The notes beneath the pieces are model-generated. The model saw only the letters and a program-made list of their open reading frames with translations. It was not told the DNA's origin and searched no databases. From Thermoplasmata archaeon (GTDB lineage: Archaea; Thermoplasmatota; Thermoplasmata; RBG-16-68-12), in the NCBI GenBank assembly GCA_036393695.1, contig DASWGO010000292.1:1-30394 (forward strand): a DNA stretch of 30,394 bases. Direction: 5' to 3'. The stretch's first letter is position 1. Each line of letters begins with the position of its first letter. The translations under genes were made by a program, and so were the position numbers. This document shows positions 17,236 to 25,410 of the stretch, piece by piece.

Positions 17236-18861
17236 CTAGCCCAGAAGCCACAGGGTCACGTCCCTATCACTGTAAATGGCATACCGAGTCGCCTTCGCAG
17301 AGACAGCGAGGTCCGAGGGGTAGAGCCGGCCGTACGCATAGTACTCATAAGGGTGCTGGGCCGTCGTCACGAGATAACGAGGATCATAGACATGGGCGAG
17401 GTTCGCGGGGATGGAATCCGCTGGGGACATAAGCATAGTCGCCCAGTCCGCCTCGGCCTGCACTCCTTCCAGTAAGAAGGGGGAGTCGGATTCGATCGTG
17501 AGATCCCCGGGCCGAAGAGGGTGGATCACGAGATGCGCAGGGTCGAGGTACCCAAAGATCAAGAGCTCTGGCCCCTGAAACGCAGTCGTTGCTCCGCCAA
17601 CCGGGAGGTAGGGACGCCCCTGGACCGATGCGATTCTCGCTCCTTGGAGACCATCCGTAAACAGCCAGGTTCCAGGTCCAGTTGTTTGGGAATAGAGGCC
17701 CAAGCTGTACTCATTGAACGTCATCGAGGAGTCTTGAGATAGATCATAAGAAACAATTGCTTGTCCTGAAACAAGCGAAAAGGCCGCAATGGCGGCAACC
17801 AGTGCAGACGTTCCGCGATGAGATTTCACCTTGCTAAGCAACTTGTCAAGGCCTACCACAATGAACAGCGACGTGATCGGGATTGTGTAAAATCCCGTAT
17901 ATTGCCGTAGAAAAAGGGTAGGCAGAAATGCAATCAGAGAGAGGACTACGAACGATTCGGCGAATCCCTTTGCACGACGCCGGACGAGGACAACGACCCC
18001 GAGGAACACGAGTGGGAGCAACATTCCTCCACTGCGCGCCAGGCTCACAAAGAGGTTCAAAAGTCTAACTTGGAACGAATCTCCGGTCGCCACGACCCCT
18101 GAGCTGTATTCTTGAAGCACATTGGTCGAAGAGATCATGACAACCGAAAGCAAGAGTATCCCGAGAAGAGCGAACCATGAGGTGTTTCGAAAAATCATGG
18201 GTTTGAGAAGCAGCGATGGGAATTGGATTCTCAAGGCTCGCATGGCAACTGCAACGATTAGAGCTGCGAGCGACGCTAATGCGACGAGCGCCATGAGAAT
18301 CGCAAGTCGGTGGAAGCTCATCATCAAAGCAAGCACGAGCACGACGACGCCCCCATTACGAAAGGGAGAACTCCGGCTCAGCCGAATGATGGCCCACAAC
18401 AGAATCGGGATCAAGGAAGTGAATGCGATGCGCGTGGGGACCTGCCATAGAAGTGAGCCCACAAATTCCGGCGTCGTAGACATTACGAACGACAGAAGCA
18501 GTGCGAAACTGTCCCGCCGGCTGAACTCCCGAGCCAGGAGGAACCCGCCCAAAGCGCCAACAAGCGCAATCCCAATGTCCGCGACAATGATCGATGCCTC
18601 GACCGGAATCCCGGCGACCTCGCTGAGCCCACCCAGGAAGAACACGGAACCACTTGGCTGACTGAGCGGATACAGCCCGAAGTAAGAAAGGGGATTTAGA
18701 ATCCAAAGAGCAAAGTGCGTCCTAGCGAGCGACGTCACCATTCCGTGCCACACGAAACTGTCGACTCCTACCTCGTGCTCTGTGCGTGGGAACCGGAGGA
18801 GGACATTGAGAGCACAGATTGAGAGAAGCGCGGTAAGACTAGACCGACGCGAGGGTTTCAT
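17236..18861 (-). CDS. Polytopic membrane protein, GT-C-like architecture (candidate lipid-linked-sugar transferase or polymerase)
   Basis: About 541 aa from ATG 18861: first TM, then EHEVGVDSFVWH, roughly ten further hydrophobic segments and a ~150 aa soluble C-terminal domain. The function call is inference from architecture. Confidence 0.6.
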   Translation of the reverse strand: MKPSRRSSLTALLSICALNVLLRFPRTEHEVGVDSFVWHGMVTSLARTHFALWILNPLSYFGLYPLSQPSGSVFFLGGLSEVAGIPVEASIIVADIGIALVGALGGFLLAREFSRRDSFALLLSFVMSTTPEFVGSLLWQVPTRIAFTSLIPILLWAIIRLSRSSPFRNGGVVVLVLALMMSFHRLAILMALVALASLAALIVAVAMRALRIQFPSLLLKPMIFRNTSWFALLGILLLSVVMISSTNVLQEYSSGVVATGDSFQVRLLNLFVSLARSGGMLLPLVFLGVVVLVRRRAKGFAESFVVLSLIAFLPTLFLRQYTGFYTIPITSLFIVVGLDKLLSKVKSHRGTSALVAAIAAFSLVSGQAIVSYDLSQDSSMTFNEYSLGLYSQTTGPGTWLFTDGLQGARIASVQGRPYLPVGGATTAFQGPELLIFGYLDPAHLVIHPLRPGDLTIESDSPFLLEGVQAEADWATMLMSPADSIPANLAHVYDPRYLVTTAQHPYEYYAYGRLYPSDLAVSAKATRYAIYSDRDVTLWLLG

Positions 18862-19945
18862 GGAGTACCTTGACGAACTCTGGGCCGATTTGGTCCCAGG
18901 ACCGGCGGGCGGCCTCGTGCCGACGAAGCAGTTCATATTTAGCTCTTTCGAGGTCGTTCTCCGGGAAGTGTCGAAGAAGAATAGACACGAGCGCCTCACG
19001 CGAGTGAGGAACCGTTCTCCCGAGGGTCGGCTCACTCAATACCAACGGAAGCTCCCCCGAAGCCGTCGCAATGACGGGAGTCCCACACGAGAGCGCTTCC
19101 CAAACGACCGATGGCGACTGCTCAACTTCAGATGTTACCAGCAAGGCGTCGGCCGCGCTGTAGAGAAGCGGCAGCTCCTCGCGGCGAACGGCGCCGATGA
19201 GGCGGATGTCCGCACTCCTCCTTCGAGAGGCCACGTTCCTGCGGACTCGTGACTCCAATGGACCACCACCCGCGACGATCAGCGTCGTGTTCGGTCTACA
19301 TTCCTGGAGCGCGTCGTAAACATCGATTGCCAACTCTGGATCCTTCTCCGCAGCGAGGCGGCCCACGAAGAGGAGCACCGCCCGACCGGAGAGACCGAGC
19401 CGCTTCTTTGCGAGTTCGTGGTTGATCGGCGCGAACATGGTGAGATCGATCGCCAGCGGGATTTTTCGAACTATGGCTTGCGGATAATTTCGCTTGAAAT
19501 ATGTCGCGGTCTCATCGTCAATCGCGACGAGCACGCGGACCAAATTTATTGCAGCAGGCTCCACTAGCTTCCGAAATGTCATGGCGGCAATCGGACGTCT
19601 TGAACGCAGAGTCGGATACGTCGGTCCGTGTGCAACGAGCACGATTGCCGGCGTGCACGTTTTCCGGAATGCCCACGCGTAGAGTTCCGAGTTCGCTACG
19701 ATGACCGTGTCGCGTCGAAACTGAGTGCGGCCCAAATGCTTCTCAAGTTTCCGACAGAATGCGACCTCGCCCCTAGCGTGAGGCAAAATAGAGGTGTAGC
19801 TGAGCAGGCCCTCACGGTGAGCAGAACCGGTTGCCAAGTACTCGGTGGAGATGCCCTGGTGGGCGAGGTAGCTCCCCAGCCCCCGCACATAGCTGATAAT
19901 GCCACTAGGGCGAGGGGAACGAGGATCACCTGCAATCGGGATCAT
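18839..19945 (-). CDS. Glycosyltransferase family 4
   Basis: SGIISYV, IPLAIDLTMF, LFVGRLAAEKDP, TSEVEQSPSVVWEALSCGTPVI. Start reassigned to ATG 19945, after the upstream TAA. Confidence 0.88.
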   Translation of the reverse strand: MIPIAGDPRSPRPSGIISYVRGLGSYLAHQGISTEYLATGSAHREGLLSYTSILPHARGEVAFCRKLEKHLGRTQFRRDTVIVANSELYAWAFRKTCTPAIVLVAHGPTYPTLRSRRPIAAMTFRKLVEPAAINLVRVLVAIDDETATYFKRNYPQAIVRKIPLAIDLTMFAPINHELAKKRLGLSGRAVLLFVGRLAAEKDPELAIDVYDALQECRPNTTLIVAGGGPLESRVRRNVASRRRSADIRLIGAVRREELPLLYSAADALLVTSEVEQSPSVVWEALSCGTPVIATASGELPLVLSEPTLGRTVPHSREALVSILLRHFPENDLERAKYELLRRHEAARRSWDQIGPEFVKVLHETLASV

Positions 19946-19958
19946 GACATGCGTTCGA

Positions 19959-20960
19959 TTACCTCCCCCGGAACCTTCGAAGCGCCGAGAGAGCCACGCG
20001 CCCTCCGACGGTGGCCCTTGACGCTTCAAAGTACGATTCTAATCGAGGTCCGAATTTTGACTTGAATTCGACCAATCGGGGCGTGTTCGCCCCTGCAATT
20101 TCGAGCTGTCGGCACCCACGTTCTGCGGCGAGCAAAATGGATGACCATACCAGATGGCTCGTGAGGGGGAGCTGCGAGTGATGGGGGACAACGGCTCCCT
20201 GCCAGTAGGTGGCCCTGTCGCGGTGAAAGAGAACCACGGCCGCAGCCTCGAGCCCGGCGGCGGTGTAAGCTCCGATGGGCTGGAATTGGTTTGGGCCCAG
20301 CTTGGAATAGAGTTCATCGAGATAGGACAGAGGGAGCGACAATCGAGAACCGTGCGCCTTGTGTGCAGCGCCCACGAAAGAGCGAATCGATGCGAGAAGG
20401 TCCGCACCCCCTGGACGAACCGAGACCCGATTCGCGGTGCGGGTGATGTCGCTCCGTAGGCTCCGATCGAAGGACTGGAGTCCGATTTCTGGAGTTCGTG
20501 GCACATCAACGACATACGTATACAGCGGCTCGACTGCATAGCCACTCCAGCGGAACGGGCGGGCGTCTTTGATTCCCGGAACCATTCGGAAATACACAAT
20601 CGACGGCCGAAATCGTTGATTGATCCAAGTCAAGAGGGTTTGAAGAACCCTCAGATATTCGCGCTCGTCGCCGGCGGTACCGAGTGGCCCTCGGTGAACG
20701 AGGGGACCAAGATACTCGATTCCCAAAGCCGGAGGGGGCGACAAGACTCCTCGGACGAGTCCGACCTGCTTCTTGAACAGGGGCAACCCGACGAGTTCCT
20801 CGCCATCCGACTCCACGATAAGCTTGATTGCCTCGAGGTCGGAGGCAGCCGCAGCCGCGTTGAGCCATTCTAGTTGATGGAAGGCGGTTGACGTCTCAGC
20901 TCTATCGACAAGACGCTGCCAGTCGGAAGAAGAAACGCTATCACGGATTTCAAGTTTCAT
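19959..20960 (-). CDS. GNAT-fold protein, FemAB/BioF2-like (Acetyltransf_6 type)
   Basis: DWQRLV-x(6)-AFHQLEW, YTYVVD, FDRSLRSDITR, HLVWSSI, LEIAGAN and FKSKFG, the typical double-GNAT pattern seen in glycan loci. Confidence 0.82.
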   Translation of the reverse strand: MKLEIRDSVSSSDWQRLVDRAETSTAFHQLEWLNAAAAASDLEAIKLIVESDGEELVGLPLFKKQVGLVRGVLSPPPALGIEYLGPLVHRGPLGTAGDEREYLRVLQTLLTWINQRFRPSIVYFRMVPGIKDARPFRWSGYAVEPLYTYVVDVPRTPEIGLQSFDRSLRSDITRTANRVSVRPGGADLLASIRSFVGAAHKAHGSRLSLPLSYLDELYSKLGPNQFQPIGAYTAAGLEAAAVVLFHRDRATYWQGAVVPHHSQLPLTSHLVWSSILLAAERGCRQLEIAGANTPRLVEFKSKFGPRLESYFEASRATVGGRVALSALRRFRGR

Positions 20961-22273
20961 GCCGCAGCCCCCAACCAGTGGCGCTCAACCTCTTCGAGCG
21001 AACCAACCCAAGCGCCACGGTTCCTCGCCTCCTTAATGAGACGTTCGTAAAGTCCCGTGAAACCGGGGAATTCGGAGTCGTTGAAAAATCGCTGGTGCCA
21101 AAGCAGGACCAGCAGGCCACCGACCGACTCAACCGCACGGAGCAAACGGAAGCAGAGATCTTCTGAGGCTCTATTCGGGGTATCAATGGCTCCGTCCATG
21201 ATTTGGAACGGAATCTCGAGAAATGCGGAGGCGGGATTCACGCAATAGGGGAAGCATGTTCCGGCGCGAAAGCCTAGACGATCAGAATAGCCCATTGTCG
21301 AATCGAAACTAAAGCCGGATTCGATCTGTGGGTGCCAAAGTGAAGGGATGTCGGGTGACAAGTAGTGCTGCCGGACGCCTCGCACTGCTCGGCCGGCGAT
21401 TCGTTCCAGAATGGCCTTCTCGTCACGCAATCGTGCTTGGTTACCCCTCGCGAATGAGCTACTATGCAAACCAATGCCCCATCCCGCGTTTGCAATCTCT
21501 CGGATCGCTTCCTGGACCTGCGGGTTGTCCAATCGACACGCACCGGAAAGCAACAGGCGGCCTCGCAACGAGATCTTTTCATCGCCGGGCGCCTCATGCA
21601 AGAAAAAGAACGTGGATCTCGCGTCTAGCCCACGCTCCAAGCGTAAGATGTCGTCGAATCGCCAATATGCATCAGGGTTCCGGCTCGTCGCGATGTCGAC
21701 GGCACGGTGGAGACGGCCTTGGCGAATCTCCCGCGGAGGGTGAGTGAATCTCTGGAATGTCTTTTTGATCCGATCCACATCGTGACTAAGAGCAACCGCG
21801 AAGGACGAACCTCCGGGCCAAGGACTCCCTAGCGGTCCATACTCCTGCGCGAGCTCCTGGAGCACGATGTTTTCCAAACGATCCACAACCGGAGTCGACA
21901 GGTCATCCGCCCGGAGGACGTGCCGACCTACGGGCGAGTCCACGAGCAGCATCCCAATACTGAGCCACAGATCGAATCCGAAAGTGAGGGCGTCGCCGGC
22001 ACGCGCGGCGATCACATATTCCAATCCGCCGACACTCGCTTGCAGGATGGGGGTCCCGGAGGTTGGCGAAAAGGGGGCCATAATCGGAAACGCGAAGCTC
22101 TTTGCCCCCGCCCGGGATGCGGGCCCGGTTCCGCCTTCTCTCGTGATAATTGTCTTGTCGATCCTGGGCAGCAGGGCATTGAATCCATCCGGTGGCAGGC
22201 TCCTTCGGCAGCGAGCTAGGAATTGGTTACGTCCAAGCTCCCGAAGGAACTCCAAGGTATGCGTCGTCGCCAT
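20957..22273 (-). CDS. Polysaccharide deacetylase-like protein with N-terminal extension
   Basis: ALSHDVD, STFFFL, GLHSS, GVRQHYL, FDSTMGY-x4-GFRAGTCFPY, LEIPFQIMD, VLLWH. Coupled to both neighbours by ATGA and TAATG overlaps. Confidence 0.85.
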   Translation of the reverse strand: MATTHTLEFLRELGRNQFLARCRRSLPPDGFNALLPRIDKTIITREGGTGPASRAGAKSFAFPIMAPFSPTSGTPILQASVGGLEYVIAARAGDALTFGFDLWLSIGMLLVDSPVGRHVLRADDLSTPVVDRLENIVLQELAQEYGPLGSPWPGGSSFAVALSHDVDRIKKTFQRFTHPPREIRQGRLHRAVDIATSRNPDAYWRFDDILRLERGLDARSTFFFLHEAPGDEKISLRGRLLLSGACRLDNPQVQEAIREIANAGWGIGLHSSSFARGNQARLRDEKAILERIAGRAVRGVRQHYLSPDIPSLWHPQIESGFSFDSTMGYSDRLGFRAGTCFPYCVNPASAFLEIPFQIMDGAIDTPNRASEDLCFRLLRAVESVGGLLVLLWHQRFFNDSEFPGFTGLYERLIKEARNRGAWVGSLEEVERHWLGAAA

Positions 22274-23463
22274 TAGGCCCCCGCCATGGTCGCACTTTGC
22301 AACCCCGAGACCGATCGGTATTCCGAGAGCAAGCGTTCGCCCATCTTCGCCCAGGAGTGTTGTCCTGCAACCTCACTAGCGCGAAATCCAAGTCTCTTTC
22401 GCAGGGGGGGATCGTCCAAAATCCTGAGAATTGCGTGCATCAACTCTTTGGAGTCGCCGGGCTCATAATACAGGACTGAGTCGTCCAAGAGCCGTCGGAG
22501 GGACGGCAGATCGGCGACTACCATCGGTTTTCCGAGAAACGCATACTCGTACGCTTTGTTCGGAGTCGCGAGCTCGGTGAGCGGATTTCGCTGGTAAGAG
22601 ACGACACCGAACGTTGATTTGGACAAGAACTCCAAGACCTCGGAAGGGGGAATCGCATCCTCAATCCGGATATGATTCTCCGCGGCTAGGTCTCTCGCCA
22701 TCGCTCTCAATTTGGCCACGTAAGTCTTGTCGCCGGAACCCACAATCCGAACCTCAATCGGTCGAGAGGCGAGAACCGCACTTGCGGTTCTGATGACGAG
22801 CTCCAAATCCCGCTCGGGATTCAGACCACACGCGATTGCGAGCAGAGGGGGCTCTGCGTCTGCGCTAACTCGGAGCGTGTAGTTCCAATCGGGCGAGTTC
22901 TCAACCACAACAGGTTTTTGCGAACCCCCCGTACGGGCCGAGACGATTTCCGCTATCTGCGAGTTCACGGTGATGACGCGATCTGAGATCATGCAGCTGA
23001 GGCGCTGGGCGACCACCGCCAACGAAAGGAGGCCGAGATTCGACTCCGCAGGAAATCGGGCTGCAGCCAACTCAGGCATGGACTCGTGGAGGTCCAAAAC
23101 TAGTTTCGCCCCGAGCACCTTGGCCGGAATCGCGGAGAAAATCAGGAAATCGGGGAGTGAGTGAATGTGGACGATGTGAAATCGGTGCTTCAACTGGAGA
23201 AAGAAAAGCGCGACCAAGGTCAGCAGGGAAAATAAGGCGTATTGGTACAGATAGCGAGCTTTGCCGCCCCTCTGGACCTCGAGCGGGAGACGGTGAACGA
23301 TGACAGCGTCATCGACATCGCGATCACGCTCCTCGGCCGCCCGCGCACAAACGACATGAATCATGACGCCCGCCCGAACGAGGGTCCTTGCTTCCTTTCG
23401 AACCCTCGGATCAGACGGATATCGTCCGTACACGACATGACAGGCGCGAATAACTGGTGACAC
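22273..23463 (-). CDS. Glycosyltransferase family 4 (WbuB-like subfamily)
   Basis: YPSDPRVRKEARTL, HIHSLPDFL, LDLHESMPE, TPNKAYEYAFLGKP. Confidence 0.88.
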   Translation of the reverse strand: MSPVIRACHVVYGRYPSDPRVRKEARTLVRAGVMIHVVCARAAEERDRDVDDAVIVHRLPLEVQRGGKARYLYQYALFSLLTLVALFFLQLKHRFHIVHIHSLPDFLIFSAIPAKVLGAKLVLDLHESMPELAAARFPAESNLGLLSLAVVAQRLSCMISDRVITVNSQIAEIVSARTGGSQKPVVVENSPDWNYTLRVSADAEPPLLAIACGLNPERDLELVIRTASAVLASRPIEVRIVGSGDKTYVAKLRAMARDLAAENHIRIEDAIPPSEVLEFLSKSTFGVVSYQRNPLTELATPNKAYEYAFLGKPMVVADLPSLRRLLDDSVLYYEPGDSKELMHAILRILDDPPLRKRLGFRASEVAGQHSWAKMGERLLSEYRSVSGLQSATMAGA

Positions 23464-23467
23464 AGGT

Positions 23468-24436
23468 TCAAACCACTCCGACCCAAGCCAGCAGGAGGAC
23501 CAACGCGGCGACCACGCTCTCTGCTCCCAGCAGAATCATCACGAGTTCATTCTCAGTGGGCCGGCGCCAACGCATGATGGCATGTGATAAGGACTCGACT
23601 GGACCATCCCACGTGAGACGACCATCCGCTCCCACCTGACCGTAGTTCTCGCTCTGGAATCGGCCCCGTGACTTGAGTGCGAACTCGACAATCATGGGGG
23701 CGAAAAGCAGAGCTCCCTGAAGCTTCAGAGGCGGCGAGGAGATAATTGCGGCACACGCGATTGCAGCTCCTGAGAACAGGGTCATCGAGTCTCCGGGAAA
23801 GACCCTCGCGGGAAACCGATTGAACCAAAGAAACGCGAGTAGAGCTCCGAGTAGAGGGAAGAGGATGAACAGCCCCGTGGTTGACCCTTGAATAATTGAT
23901 AGGAGAATGAGGGACGTTGTGATGATGGTCATGAGTCCCGCACCCAAGCCATTGAATCCCTCGAGCATGTTCGCTGCGTTCGCCGCGCTAGTGACCCCGA
24001 TGGGGACCGCGAGGACCATGAAGATCCCGATGTTCAACCCTAGAAGATAGACATCGCCCGAGGTGAACACCGCGGCGCCAAGAGGCAAGGCCAAGATGAA
24101 CGGCAACAGAGCTTTGGTATGCTGCCGAAGATGGAACATGTCGTCAACCAGCCCAACGACCCCAGCTCCCAGCGCAGCGCTCAAAGCCGCAAAATAGAAT
24201 TTGCTGAACCCGGAGAGCGCCTGGTCAGGCGCCAGAACGGTGATCACGGCGACACCGACATAGAAGCCTAAGATGACCGCCACGCCACCCATCTCAGGGA
24301 CAGTCGGGTGACTTGGTTTGTTTAGGTCCTTCCCCACAAGCGTACTGGTCTGAAGACTCCGGATGAGCCAGGGCACGAACCCCAGCGTCGAGAGGCCGGC
24401 GGCTGCCATCGAGACTGCGAAGAGCCAGAGGTCCAT
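23468..24436 (-). CDS. UDP-GlcNAc:polyprenyl/dolichyl-phosphate GlcNAc-1-phosphate transferase (MraY superfamily, AglH/Alg7-like)
   Basis: GKDLNK, VPEMGG, GLVDD, NAANMLEGFNGL, FNRFPARVFPGDS; GGTGA SD. Confidence 0.9.
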   Translation of the reverse strand: MDLWLFAVSMAAAGLSTLGFVPWLIRSLQTSTLVGKDLNKPSHPTVPEMGGVAVILGFYVGVAVITVLAPDQALSGFSKFYFAALSAALGAGVVGLVDDMFHLRQHTKALLPFILALPLGAAVFTSGDVYLLGLNIGIFMVLAVPIGVTSAANAANMLEGFNGLGAGLMTIITTSLILLSIIQGSTTGLFILFPLLGALLAFLWFNRFPARVFPGDSMTLFSGAAIACAAIISSPPLKLQGALLFAPMIVEFALKSRGRFQSENYGQVGADGRLTWDGPVESLSHAIMRWRRPTENELVMILLGAESVVAALVLLLAWVGVV

Positions 24437-24593
24437 ACCGACTGCTCACCAGCGCATCCAAGCCGGTTCTATTTCTACCCGGTACCTGATATTCTGTAAC
24501 GTGAAAATGCCGTGACAGAGGTTGCTCAGGCCTATCACGTGCGATAGCGACCGGGAAAGGTACTTAAGTCCCGTTCGTAACCAATCGGTCCAG

Positions 24594-24725
24594 ATGCACG
24601 CGGAGAAGATTCGAACAGCGAACATTCCAGCGTTCCGGCTCGAACCGAAGGACGCCTTCATCGTCATTTCTCTGATCGGGGTAACCGCGTACGTCGTTGG
24701 TTTTCTCGTCGGCCTGATGTACTAA
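24594..24725 (+). CDS. Putative 43-aa single-pass membrane microprotein
   Basis: MHAEKIRTANIPAFRLEPKDAFIVISLIGVTAYVVGFLVGLMY; ATG about 25 nt after a TATA-like CTTAAGT; one hydrophobic C-terminal helix. It is short, so it could be spurious. Confidence 0.45.
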   Translation: MHAEKIRTANIPAFRLEPKDAFIVISLIGVTAYVVGFLVGLMY

Positions 24726-24795
24726 CGGCCGGCCAATCGTTCGGCAAATCGACCCGTAGAGAACGTAGATGAGTCGCGTCGGACATCCTCCCGGC

Positions 24796-25371
24796 ATGGC
24801 AAGCCCACAGATACACCCCACCGCCGAAGTCTCCCCCGAGGCCTCGATCGGCTCCGGTACTGCGGTGTGGCACTGGGCGCAGATCCGCGAGGGGGCAAAG
24901 GTTGGGCGTGGTTGCCGAATCGGCAAAGATGTGTACATCGATGCAGGGGTCGTCCTTGGCAACGAATGCAAAGTTCAGAACTTCGCTACTATTTACCGGG
25001 GCGTCGTGATCGGAGAACGTGTCTTCATCGGACCCCACGCATGTTTCACGAACGACATGTATCCAAGGGCGGTTAGTCCGGACTGGGAGGTTGTTCCAAC
25101 CAAAGTCAATGATGGCGCTTCAGTCGGGGCGAATGCGACGATTCTGTGCGGCGTCACGATCGGACGGAACGCGATGATTGCCGCCGGTGCGGTCGTTACC
25201 AAGGATGTCCCGCCGCATGGCCTGGTCGCCGGAGTCCCTGCGAGACTTATCGGATGGGTGTGCGAATGCGGGCGACCGCTGGATCGCAACATGCGATGCG
25301 CCCACGACGGCAAACGATTCCCCGAGCTGAAGCCGAGGGCCGGGGGTCGTCGTTCGCGGCGGCGCAAGTGA
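24796..25371 (+). CDS. WbpD/WlbB-like amino-sugar N-acetyltransferase (hexapeptide repeat)
   Basis: IHPTAEV, VWHWAQIRE, CKVQN, VFIGPHACFTND, GASVGANATILCG and GVPARLIGWVCECG, the WbpD-type C-terminal Cys cluster. Start at ATG 24796. Confidence 0.85.
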   Translation: MASPQIHPTAEVSPEASIGSGTAVWHWAQIREGAKVGRGCRIGKDVYIDAGVVLGNECKVQNFATIYRGVVIGERVFIGPHACFTNDMYPRAVSPDWEVVPTKVNDGASVGANATILCGVTIGRNAMIAAGAVVTKDVPPHGLVAGVPARLIGWVCECGRPLDRNMRCAHDGKRFPELKPRAGGRRSRRRK

Positions 25372-25410
25372 CCAGCGAACCTTCATACTCCGGAGCCGGT
25401 TGCGCGCTCA

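Larger units (their letters stand above)
5400..25400. other. Lower-GC glycan biosynthesis cassette (approximate limits)
   Basis: Hand-counted 60-nt windows: 45/60 GC at 1201, 44/60 at 5221, 30/60 at 5401, 29/60 at 11461, 35/60 at 24901, 43/60 at 25441. Content is almost entirely glycan genes. Confidence 0.75.

Noticed and set aside
17236-18861. Calling the membrane protein AglB
   Set aside because: No WWDYG motif and shorter than typical AglB.
24446-24667. 73-aa minus-strand ORF ending just before the AglH-like gene
   Set aside because: Covers the promoter region and is antisense to the microprotein; its TGA is part of the GGTGA SD; no motif.
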